This document shows positions 9,731 through 17,909 of a DNA stretch of 64,000 bases, one piece after another. How positions within the stretch are numbered: position 1 is the first letter of the stretch; the number at the start of each line of letters is the position of its first letter. A program made the position numbers and the translations under genes. The notes below the pieces were generated by a model. That model did no database searches, had not been told where the DNA came from, and saw only the letters and a program-made list of their open reading frames with translations. The DNA is from an uncultured delta proteobacterium (lineage in GTDB: Bacteria; Myxococcota; Myxococcia; Myxococcales; Myxococcaceae), in the NCBI GenBank assembly GCA_963713045.1, contig CAVQKE010000003.1:640001-704000 (forward strand), given 5' to 3'.

Positions 9731-10045
9731 TCAGAGTCCGCCGTGGAAGCGGCCGAACGCACGAGCGAGCATTAAGGCCATCAGGACAGCGCCGCACGCC
9801 GCGATGACGACATGCCTCGTCTGGCGAAACTCAAACTTGCCGACGCGTCCCAGCAGCAAATATGCGACTGCAAAGTTGAAGAGGCCCCACAGCACGTTCA
9901 CCATCGAGGAGGAAAGGCCTTCGCCAGGCGGGGAGGCGAACGGGCTTTGAAAAGGACTGCCGGAAACACCGTTGACGAAATGAGGCACCGCGTTGACGAG
10001 GAACGCGCCACCGAAGAAGTACGCAACGTAGTGGTACCAGCGCAT
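9731..10045 (-). CDS. conserved small membrane protein
   Basis: FLVNAVPHFVNGVSG...FQSPFASPPG...SS..VNVLWG; three hydrophobic segments. Confidence 0.75.
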   Translation of the reverse strand: MRWYHYVAYFFGGAFLVNAVPHFVNGVSGSPFQSPFASPPGEGLSSSMVNVLWGLFNFAVAYLLLGRVGKFEFRQTRHVVIAACGAVLMALMLARAFGRFHGGL

Positions 10046-10110
10046 TGGCTGTCTTCCCTCCATAGTAAGCCGCGGTCGAGTCAGTCGACATCATCCGGCC
10101 ATCGGGGCGA

Positions 10111-10226
10111 GCCAAGCGCGTCCCGCGCAAGTCCGCAACGTTTCGTACAGCCGGCTGCATTGCACGTGCCGCGTAAAAAACGGGCTAACCAACTGACTTC
10201 ATTGTGGAGGTGGCGGGAATCGAATC
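10111..10226 (-). repeat. ssrA-att repeat R3 (most complete)
   Basis: Core 15/16 at 10127-10142; actgacttcattg followed by tgtggaggtggcgggaatcgaa (10203-10224), 21/22 identical to the ssrA 3' end and ending in the T-loop. Confidence 0.93.
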
Positions 10227-10320
10227 GGCTGCGAAGGATTTCGGCACGTTCTTCTTGCTCTGCCGTTTGTGCCCGAGGACGAGCCGGCACACTGAGCTTC
10301 AGGCGCCTTTTCGTACGCCG

Positions 10321-10435
10321 TCAGGGGTGCGGCGTGATGGCGAAGATGGTGATTACCGGAATTCGCTTCGCGTGTTTTCCCGTGCCCAATTCATCTGGTC
10401 CGTAAAACCAGAAGACCCGACAGGCCGCAGGGGTG
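10321..10435 (-). pseudogene. C-terminal fragment of a possible RelE-like hypothetical protein
   Basis: TPAACRVFWFYGPD...ITIFAITPHP* with no credible N-terminus; family assignment is from recall only. Confidence 0.4.
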
Positions 10436-10490
10436 AAGTAGCTGCGGTAGGTTGCCCAGCCTCTTCCATCCAACAACGAGGAGGACTTCC

Positions 10491-11168
10491 ATGGCTCTGT
10501 CCAGACGAGAACTGATTGGTACAGGCGTGGTCTTGGCGGCGGCACGCGTCGACGCTTTGCCAGCGCGCCCAGACACAAGCACCGCATCGCGTCGCCCACC
10601 CTGCCCGAACCGGATGCCGGAGATTGCCCCGGAGCGTCAGACAGAGGCACAGCGAAAGGCCTCGACGGAGTTTTCGGCCGGGCGTGGGATGCCTGTTTTT
10701 GGGCCCTTCGTTCCACTCCTCCGAAGTCCGGAAGTCATGCTCCGGGCCAAGGCCATGGGCGACTACCTCCGCTTCCGGAGCTCGCTCCCCCCGAAGCTCA
10801 ACGAGTTCGCCATCCTCCTCTCGGCCCGTCATTGGACGCAGCGTTACGTGTGGGCCGTTCACCAGCCCCAGGCGCTCAAGGCCGGCCTAAGCGCTGAAGT
10901 CGCCTCCATGGTGGCCGAAGGCCGACGGCCCAGCGGAATGGACGAGGGCGAGCAACTCGTCCATGACTTCGTGACGGAGCTCCTCACCCACCAGGGCGTC
11001 TGTGACGCCACCTACCTGGGCTCTGTAGCGAAGTTTGGCGAACAGGGCACCATCGACCTCATTGGGCTGTGTGGCTACTACACGCTCATCGCCATGGTGC
11101 TCAACGTCGCGCGGACGCCGAACCCAAAGAATGCACCAACGCTCGAGCCCTTTGTCTGCGCGAGCTAG
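10491..11168 (+). CDS. carboxymuconolactone decarboxylase (AhpD-like) family protein with Tat-like signal
   Basis: GGAGG RBS; SRRELIG; GPFVPLLRSPE...EFAILLSARHW...LCGYYTL. Confidence 0.85.
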   Translation: MALSRRELIGTGVVLAAARVDALPARPDTSTASRRPPCPNRMPEIAPERQTEAQRKASTEFSAGRGMPVFGPFVPLLRSPEVMLRAKAMGDYLRFRSSLPPKLNEFAILLSARHWTQRYVWAVHQPQALKAGLSAEVASMVAEGRRPSGMDEGEQLVHDFVTELLTHQGVCDATYLGSVAKFGEQGTIDLIGLCGYYTLIAMVLNVARTPNPKNAPTLEPFVCAS

Positions 11169-11264
11169 CCGGCCCCCTGCGAGCGCTGCTCGGTTCGCAT
11201 CGCCTCGGCCCGGTCGAGCCGGGAGGGCTGGATAGATGCTAAAGCCGAGCCCACCACCGACGAC

Positions 11265-12026
11265 ATGGCCAGCGCCGAGGCCATCGACCAGGCCGGGACA
11301 ATGACGACGGACGCATCGGTTCCTCGTGGCGTGCTCCCGCCCCCCAGCACGGTCGCGCCCCTTTGGCACACAGTTCTGCTGGTGGCCACCCTGCTTTTGC
11401 TCGCTCTCGGCGGAGCGCGCCTGCAGAGCCGGTCTTCCTCGGCACCGGGGGTAATTGCACAGCACCGGGGGCTGACCACCATCTACCTATCGACCCTAGT
11501 CTTCGAGTGGGCACTGGTGGGCTACGTCTGGCTGGGAATACGGCGCCGAACCCGCTTGCGCGACCTGGTGAGCGGGCGCTGGAGCCGGCCGCGCGACGTG
11601 ATGCGCGACCTCATCATCGCCGTCCTTTTCTGGGGAGTTTTCGAGGCGACCGGCTGGCTCATGCACGTCCTGCTCGGCCGCGACACCGCCAAGTCCATCT
11701 CCGTCCTCTTGCCGGAAGGAGCCCTTGAAATCGCGCTCTGGGTACTGGTCTCGGCCAGCGCGGGGTTTTGCGAGGAGGTGGTCTTTCGGGGCTATCTTCA
11801 GGGCCAGTTCCATGCCCTCAGCCGGAGCGCTCTGGTCGCCGTCCTGGCGCAAGCCGTCGTTTTCGGCATCTCTCACGGGTACCAGGGCGGTAGGCAGGTG
11901 GTGACTATCACCGTCCTGGGCCTCCTCTACGGTTTGCTGGCCTGGTGGCGCCACAGCCTCCGCCCGGGAATGTTGGCCCATGCCTGGGGCGACATCTTTA
12001 GCGGGATTATCTCTCCACGCCTCTGA
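11265..12026 (+). CDS. CPBP (CAAX/Abi) intramembrane metalloprotease
   Basis: EEVVFRG, FGISHGYQ and HAWGD motifs. Confidence 0.9.
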   Translation: MASAEAIDQAGTMTTDASVPRGVLPPPSTVAPLWHTVLLVATLLLLALGGARLQSRSSSAPGVIAQHRGLTTIYLSTLVFEWALVGYVWLGIRRRTRLRDLVSGRWSRPRDVMRDLIIAVLFWGVFEATGWLMHVLLGRDTAKSISVLLPEGALEIALWVLVSASAGFCEEVVFRGYLQGQFHALSRSALVAVLAQAVVFGISHGYQGGRQVVTITVLGLLYGLLAWWRHSLRPGMLAHAWGDIFSGIISPRL

Positions 12027-12183
12027 TCCGGCGTCCTCCGGTGATTGTTGAAGCGAGATGTTCTGCTGCACTCGCCCCCGAGAAACGAGACGTTGTTCGC
12101 GTGCTCTTCGGTTAGGGGTGTAGAGCCAAGGCGATGGGGCCGACCTGCGGCACTATCGGCTGAACCTGCCGAGCGACTTGATG

Positions 12184-12429
12184 TTACGGCTTGTGAGGGT
12201 GAGCGAGGTCGGGCGCTCCGGGGTGGCGCTGCGCCGGGTCGTGGCCAGCATCGTGGTCGTGCTGGTCCTCGTGAGTGTGCTCGTGCGTATGCGGATGACT
12301 GTGCGTGGTCCCGGGCGGCGTGCCTGGATGGTCGTGGCCAGGGTGTGGATGCGTGTGCTCGTGCTGGTGCTCGTGCCGGTGGGTGGGGCCTGAAGAATGC
12401 TTACCCCCCTTCGCAGGTCGCTCGCTCAT
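12184..12429 (-). CDS. small histidine-rich putative metal-binding protein
   Basis: AAGGAG RBS; HxHxH runs (HRHEHQHEHTHPH, HSHPHTHEHTH). Confidence 0.65.
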   Translation of the reverse strand: MSERPAKGGKHSSGPTHRHEHQHEHTHPHPGHDHPGTPPGTTHSHPHTHEHTHEDQHDHDAGHDPAQRHPGAPDLAHPHKP

Positions 12430-12574
12430 TCGAACAGTCTCCTTGGGGTTCCGACCGTACCTCAAGGCATCGGTGCGCGCTTACTTCTGTGAAAGACGCT
12501 CTACTCTGCAATCTACCGTAACGAGCGAAACAACTCCGGCATTGGCGCACGGATGTGCGCGCGTGACGGGCGAA

Positions 12575-13008
12575 AGCCCCCGGAACGGTGCCCCCCGGAT
12601 CCGGCACCACCTTCGAGGCTCGGACGGCGGCTTGCTATTTGCTGGTGGTCTTTCCGGTGCGCCTGGGCGACGTCTCGCGCGTCAATTGCTCGGCCCTGGA
12701 AGCCAACTCCTGAGCGCTCTCTGCCAACTTCTCCGCCGTCTCCTGGACGGCGTGTCCGGCCTTGGCTGCGACTTCGTGGAGCTTGTCGCTCGCCTTGACG
12801 TTGAGCTCCTTGGCCTTCTCCGCCACCTCATCAATCCTCTTGTTGATGTCCTTAGTCTTCATAATGCTTGTCCTTTCGCTGCCCAGTGAGTGTGCAATGT
12901 CCGGGCCCTCAGCGAAGGGTCGAAGCAGTTCAGCCAGTTGCCAGCGTGGCGGGCGCAATTGATGCGGCTCGCGCTCCCCGGGGCGCATTGTGGAGGCGGC
13001 CGAAATCG
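12575..13008. repeat. copy 1 of a ~430-bp direct duplication (small ORF plus upstream DNA plus tmRNA remnant)
   Basis: Aligns by eye with 22195-22620 at high identity, with scattered substitutions. Confidence 0.9.
12635..12862 (-). CDS. small helical hydrophilic protein (copy 1)
   Basis: MKTKDINKRIDEVAEKAKEL...; reading frame preserved in both copies; AAAGGA RBS. Confidence 0.7.
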   Translation of the reverse strand: MKTKDINKRIDEVAEKAKELNVKASDKLHEVAAKAGHAVQETAEKLAESAQELASRAEQLTRETSPRRTGKTTSK

Positions 13009-13018
13009 AACCGGCATC
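12986..13018 (-). repeat. ssrA-att repeat R4 (tmRNA T-arm/acceptor remnant)
   Basis: cattgtggaggcggccgaaatcgaaccggcatc versus ssrA cactgtggaggcggcgggaatcgaacccgcgtc. Confidence 0.85.
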
Positions 13019-13022
13019 ACCT

Positions 13023-13174
13023 CTACGCGAGTTTGGTGAAGCCGTGGGCGCTCCATTCCTCGCTGCCAACGCCGCGGTCACGAAAAAGAGACCAGCGGGG
13101 TCGTACTTCCTCTTTACGGCCCGCAGTCTGGGGTAATTCGGTCCCCCAAAAGGGTCCCGCCAGTTGGGCTCGAA
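13023..13174 (-). pseudogene. C-terminal BBE-domain fragment of an FAD-linked oxidase
   Basis: FEPNWRDPFGGPNYPRLRAVKRKYDPAGLFFV, then after a 1-nt shift RGVGSEEWSAHGFTKLA*; rest of gene absent. Confidence 0.7.
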
Positions 13175-13197
13175 TCCGTCCTCTTGTGCGGCCTACC

Positions 13198-13605
13198 TCA
13201 TCCTACGCGCGGCGCGCGCGCAAAGGGCTGGCCCCGTTGCAGGCTCCACAGTCCGCGCGCAGAGAGGATGACCGAGAAGATCGCGGTGACACCGAGCGCC
13301 ATCAGTGTCCAGACGAAGAAGAATCCTCCGCTGGACTTGGCGATCTCGCCGCCGACTCCCGCCCCCCTCATATGGACGACGGGAACGAGCGACCCAAGGA
13401 GGGACCCGAGGAGGATGATGACGTACCCCGATCGCCGTTCGGCGAGCACCAGCGTTCCGTACAGCCAGACGACCAGAATGAGTACCCCAACCATGTCTGA
13501 GACCCCTCCCGGCTCCATCCCACGGACGACATCGTCCGTCAGGTGAAACGTCATGAAGAGGATCGAGAGCAGAGACGCAATGGTTAATATAACGTTGTCT
13601 TTCAC
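13198..13605 (-). CDS. four-TM hypothetical membrane protein
   Basis: AAGGAG RBS, GTG start, four hydrophobic segments. Confidence 0.75.
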   Translation of the reverse strand: MKDNVILTIASLLSILFMTFHLTDDVVRGMEPGGVSDMVGVLILVVWLYGTLVLAERRSGYVIILLGSLLGSLVPVVHMRGAGVGGEIAKSSGGFFFVWTLMALGVTAIFSVILSARGLWSLQRGQPFARAPRVG

Positions 13606-13803
13606 TTAATACTCTCCTTGTCAGACTTGTGGGTATCTCTCAGTGATGCACATGATCGCGCTCCCCGGCCTAAATCCGTCTGAAACGTCATTCTTCCGCA
13701 GGTCAAGGAGCATGTCGGTTTCATGAACAACTGGGGATGGCGGAGAGGGTCCAGTCGGTGAAAATGGTTACCTGGCCCTCAACTGTCCCGTGACCGGCAG
13801 CGA

Positions 13804-13831
13804 GCTTCCCGAAGCACCGTATTCGGGAAGC
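13804..13831. other. perfect 10-bp inverted repeat (hairpin)
   Basis: GCTTCCCGAA-8 nt-TTCGGGAAGC, intergenic. Confidence 0.55.
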
Positions 13832-13862
13832 ACGGCACAAGCGCATATCGGCGCTGTGTTCT

Positions 13863-13955
13863 CTGCGCCCGTTTAGGCAAACCGCGTCCCGTGCAAGTCT
13901 GCGACGTGCAGTCGAGCGCATAGCGAATAGATAGCGAATGCCGCGCCAACAACGC
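13863..13955 (-). repeat. ssrA-att repeat R5 (arm only)
   Basis: Core 14/16 at 13893-13908; gtcgagcgcatagcgaatagatagcgaatgccgc is nearly identical to R7. Confidence 0.88.
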
Positions 13956-14040
13956 ATCAGCACCCAAAGCGCGTGGTGCCCCGAAAATATGCTCGCGCCC
14001 CATCCGCCTCTCAAGCAGAGTGCGGTCCGCTGGAGCAATA

Positions 14041-15298
14041 TCCCGCACCCCTCTGAAGTCGGGCCACCCTTAGTGCCGGTATTATTCGGCCGGAGAGCTG
14101 GTCATGTCGAAGGACGAAGAAGGACCCGAAGGCTGAGCCGGAGGAGGTTCAGCGGTGGACTGCCAAGCGACGGACGGCGCTCGTGGTGAGCATCATCAAG
14201 GGCGAGACGTCACCGCAGGAGGCCGCTCGGAAGCACGGGCTGACTGTGGCGGAGGTCGAGGAATGGAGAGAACGGTTTCTCGCCGCCGCAGAGAATGCTC
14301 TCCGCTCCGACCCGCGAGACGAGGAGGGCCAGCGGGAAGAGGCCATCAAGAAGCTGAAACAGAAGGTGGGGGAGCTCGTCCTCGAAGAACGACGTCCTCA
14401 AGGAGGCGGTGAAACCCTACCTCCCTTCGGACGTGGGACGTCCGACGAGTGAGGGAAGCCATGCCCGGCCTCTCAGAACGGACCGCGTGCTTGCTGCTTC
14501 GCGTCCCGCGCTCGTCGATGCGTCCCGAAACCGAGAAAGTCCCAGCCTACGCCGTCGTGGATGAGCTCCTGGCGGAGAGAATTCGTCGCCTCATCGAGCT
14601 GCACCCGACGTACAGGGTACAGACTCCTGTGGGCGATGCTTCGCAAGGAAGGCGTCCGCGTCAACCGGAAGGCTGTCTACCGAGTGCTGAGGCTGAAGCG
14701 CTGGCTCGTACACCAACGACGACTGACGCCACGGCCACGAGTGCAGGGACGTCGGAGTCAGGCCGAAAAGAGCAATGCCCGCTGGGCGATGGACGTGACG
14801 CACATCCCATGTGGCGAGGACGGCTGGGGCCACCTGGCGGCAATCATCGACTGCCACGACCGCGAGCTCATCGGCTTTGAATTCGCGCTCCGTGGCCGCG
14901 CCAAGGAAGCGGAGCGGGCACTGGAAGAGGCATGCATCGCTCGCTTCGGCACCCTCCGTCCGGATGGCGCCACGCCCGTCGTACGCAGCGACAATGGGCT
15001 TATTTTCCAAAGCCGCCGCTTTCGTGCGGCGCGTACGCGACTACCGCCTCTCGCAGGAATCATCACGCCCTACACCCGCAGCAGAATGGAATGATTGAAC
15101 GCTTCTTCCGCACGCTGAAGGAGGAGTGCACCTGGCAGTACAACTTCGGCAGCTTCCTCGAAGGCCAAAGCCACCATCAGCAACTGGATCGGCTGGTACA
15201 ACGCAGAGCGGCCTCACTCATCGCTGGGGTATCAAAGTCCGCAGCAATACAGGCAGCAAGAAGTCCCATCAGTGGCTTGATTTCAGGGTGTCACTACA
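14041..15298 (+). mobile_element. IS3-family insertion sequence (orfA ~14104-14452, orfB ~14449-15280, frameshifted)
   Basis: HTH orfA (RWTAKRRTALVVSII); DDE motifs WAMDVT, IDCHDRE, RSDNG and NGMIERFFRTLKEE; right IR ends ...CACTACA at 15298; degenerate left IR at 14041-14068. Confidence 0.85.
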
Positions 15299-15345
15299 GC
15301 AACGCGTGGGGCGTCCCCAGGCGTGAAGTAGCCTACGGAGGAGTC

Positions 15346-16842
15346 GTGACCCGGAAGACCCTTGGAACATTTTGCTTGACGGCCATCACCGCCGCACTCT
15401 TTGCCTGCGGGCAGAAGGCGGAAGACGCTGCAGTCAAGGCCGAGGCCGCGGCGTTGGACAAGGTACGCGCGGATGCGAAAGCTGCCGCGGACTTGGTGAA
15501 GGAGAAGGAAGCGCAAGAGACGGGCATCGACGCTTACGTCTACGCCTACCCGCTCGTGACGATGGAACTGACGCGGCGAGTCTCGACGAATGTCGCCGCT
15601 CCGGGTGTTAGCCAGGCACCGACGGGGCAGTTCGCCAAGCTGCGTGGATACCCGGCCGTCGACAACCATGCAGTAACCGCACCGAACGCGGACACCCTGT
15701 ACACAGTTCTTTGGTTGGACGTGTCCAAGGAGCCCTGGGTGGTCAGCGCGCCCGACATGCAAGGCCGCTTTTTCCTCCTGCCGATGCTGGACGGCTGGAC
15801 GACGGTGTTCGCAGACCCTGGAAAGCGCACGACTGGCACGCACGCGCAGACGTTCGCGGTGACCGGCCCAGGCTGGAGCGGGACGCTTCCCCCCGGCGTT
15901 ACGGAATACAAGTCGGCGACTGGCATGGTGTGGCTGCTGGGCCGGATTTACTGCACGGGCACACCTGCCGACTACGCGGCAGTGCATGCGCTCCAGGACA
16001 AGATGACGGCGATGCCGCTGTCCGGCTACGGCAAGCCCTATACGCCCCCACCGGCCGCGCCAGTCGACCCGAGCGTGAACATGAAGACTGCGGTCCGGGA
16101 ACAAGTAAACGCCATGGACGCGGCCTCGTACTTCAAGCTCTTCGCGCAGCTTCTGAAGACCAATCCGCCGACGCCTGAGGATGCGCCGATGGTAGCGAAG
16201 CTCGCAAAAATCGGCATCGTGCCGGGCCAGGACTTTGATACCTCCCGCCTGGACCCTTCAGTTGCCAAGGGCCTGGCGGGCGTTCCGAAGCCTGCGCAAG
16301 ACAAAATCATGGGTTGGATGAAGGAGGGCATTCTCGCGGGCGATTTGAAGCTTACGGATGGTTGGCTCTTCACTACCAAGACTGGCCTTTACGGAACCGA
16401 GTACCGCCAGCGTGCGCTCGTGACCGCCATTGGGCTAGGCGCAAATCGCCCCCAGGACGCCGTTTACCCCACGTCCGAGGGCCCCGACATTCTCAAGAAG
16501 TACAGCGGCGCGAACAAATACGTCATGCATTTCAAGAAGGGCGAGTTGCCACCCGTTGACGGTTTTTGGTCGCTGACCATGTACGACGCGAGCTACTTCT
16601 TCGTCCCGAATCCTATCAACCGCTACACCGTGAGCCAGCGCAACAAGCTCAAGGCCAACGCCGACGGCTCGGTCGACCTCTACATCCAGAACGAGTCGCC
16701 CGGCAAAGCCAAGGAGGAGAACTGGCTGCCCGCGCCGAAGGACACATTCATCCTCATGCTGCGCTTGTACTGGCCGAAGCAGAAGCCGCCGTCCATCCTC
16801 GATGGCACTTGGACGATTCCGCGGGTCAAAGAAGCTGGTTGA
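15346..16842 (+). CDS. DUF1254/DUF1214 domain lipoprotein
   Basis: GGAGG RBS plus GTG; LFA|C lipobox; AYVYAYPLV, PNADTLY, FWSLTMY and LRLYWP motifs. Confidence 0.88.
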   Translation: MTRKTLGTFCLTAITAALFACGQKAEDAAVKAEAAALDKVRADAKAAADLVKEKEAQETGIDAYVYAYPLVTMELTRRVSTNVAAPGVSQAPTGQFAKLRGYPAVDNHAVTAPNADTLYTVLWLDVSKEPWVVSAPDMQGRFFLLPMLDGWTTVFADPGKRTTGTHAQTFAVTGPGWSGTLPPGVTEYKSATGMVWLLGRIYCTGTPADYAAVHALQDKMTAMPLSGYGKPYTPPPAAPVDPSVNMKTAVREQVNAMDAASYFKLFAQLLKTNPPTPEDAPMVAKLAKIGIVPGQDFDTSRLDPSVAKGLAGVPKPAQDKIMGWMKEGILAGDLKLTDGWLFTTKTGLYGTEYRQRALVTAIGLGANRPQDAVYPTSEGPDILKKYSGANKYVMHFKKGELPPVDGFWSLTMYDASYFFVPNPINRYTVSQRNKLKANADGSVDLYIQNESPGKAKEENWLPAPKDTFILMLRLYWPKQKPPSILDGTWTIPRVKEAG

Positions 16843-16900
16843 GGTCCGCCTCCACCGCTCGCAGGGCAGCGTTCGAGTACCGTTTCCCGCGTCACATCCG

Positions 16901-16945
16901 TTCAGCGCGGGCCACTAGCCAACTGACTTCATTGTGAAGGCGGCG
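16901..16945 (-). repeat. ssrA-att repeat R6 (internally deleted)
   Basis: ttcagcgcgggcca followed by ctagccaactgacttcattgtgaaggcggcg, matching the R3 junction. Confidence 0.85.
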
Positions 16946-16995
16946 CATCCCCGAGCGGGGCGCGCCCGCAACCGTCTAAGACCAGGAATCGAGCC

Positions 16996-17769
16996 ATGGA
17001 ACCCGACCCGCGCGACTTCTACGACGCGCTCGCCAATGACTACCACCTCATTTTCGACGATTGGGACGCTTCCATCCTTCGCCAGAGCACGGTCATCCAC
17101 GCCCTGTTGGGGGCTCAACCGCAGCGAGTTCTCGACGTGGCTTGCGGCATGGGGACGCAGGCCATCGGCCTCACTCGCCTGGGACATGCCGTCGTTGCCC
17201 GCGACCTCAGCCCTGCTCTCGTCAAGCGCGCAAGGGTGGAGGCCCGCCGACTGGGCACAGCGGTGGACGTCTCGGTGGGTGACATGCGCCTCGCAATGGC
17301 AGCTGACCGGTCAGCGTTCGACGCGGTCATTGCATTCGACAACGCGCTTCCGCATTTGGAGACTAACGCCGAACTTTTCGCAGCGTTGAAGGCTGCGCAT
17401 GACGCGCTCCGGCCGGGTGGGCGGCTCTTCGCCTCTGTCCGTGATTACGACGACCTCGTGCGGAAGAAATTGTCCTGCGACCCTCCGCGACGTTTGGGGT
17501 CGGGTGACAACGAGCGCGTCGTGCTACAGCTTTGGGACTGGGACCAGGACGGCCGGGGCTACTGCTTTCAGCACATCATCCTTGTTCGGGACGGACCGGC
17601 CGGGTGGCAGGCCCGAACAACCCGGGGACATTACCGGGCGCTGCTACGTCGCGAGCTTTCCGAGGCTGCCACTTCGGTTGGGTTCAGCGACCCTCACTGG
17701 AGTGAGCCGGCGGTCTCGGGCTTCTACCAACCCATCTTCATCGCGAATAAGCCCGGAGCGAAGAGTTGA
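16996..17769 (+). CDS. class I SAM-dependent methyltransferase
   Basis: VLDVACGMGT motif I; DNALPHL; LRPGG. Confidence 0.9.
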   Translation: MEPDPRDFYDALANDYHLIFDDWDASILRQSTVIHALLGAQPQRVLDVACGMGTQAIGLTRLGHAVVARDLSPALVKRARVEARRLGTAVDVSVGDMRLAMAADRSAFDAVIAFDNALPHLETNAELFAALKAAHDALRPGGRLFASVRDYDDLVRKKLSCDPPRRLGSGDNERVVLQLWDWDQDGRGYCFQHIILVRDGPAGWQARTTRGHYRALLRRELSEAATSVGFSDPHWSEPAVSGFYQPIFIANKPGAKS

Positions 17770-17788
17770 GAAGCGACGGCGTCAAGGG

Positions 17789-17908
17789 CGCCAGCATCGC
17801 CCACCTGAGCACCCGTTCAAACAACGCCCTCGCCATCCCCGCAAGTCCGCGACGTTCCGTCGAGCGCATAGCAAATAGATAGTGAATGCCGCCCCGTAAC
17901 GGGCTGAC
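17789..17908 (-). repeat. ssrA-att repeat R7 (long arm)
   Basis: cgccagcatcgcccacctgagcacccgttcaaac resembles 23872-23905; core 16/16 at 17841-17856; tandem atagcaaat/atagtgaat. Confidence 0.92.
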
Positions 17909-17909
17909 G

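Noticed and set aside
10203..10224. Additional tRNA or tmRNA genes at the remnants
   Set aside because: Only the T-loop and the acceptor 3' strand are present; there is no 5' half.
12969..13668. 13-bp direct repeat tcgcgctccccgg (12969-12981 and 13656-13668) as a target-site duplication
   Set aside because: GC-rich and short, with no transposon ends between the copies; cannot be distinguished from chance.
14932..16842. 636-aa transposase-DUF1254 fusion from the ORF track
   Set aside because: Chance open frame across the IS end; the lipoprotein has its own RBS, GTG start (15346) and lipobox.
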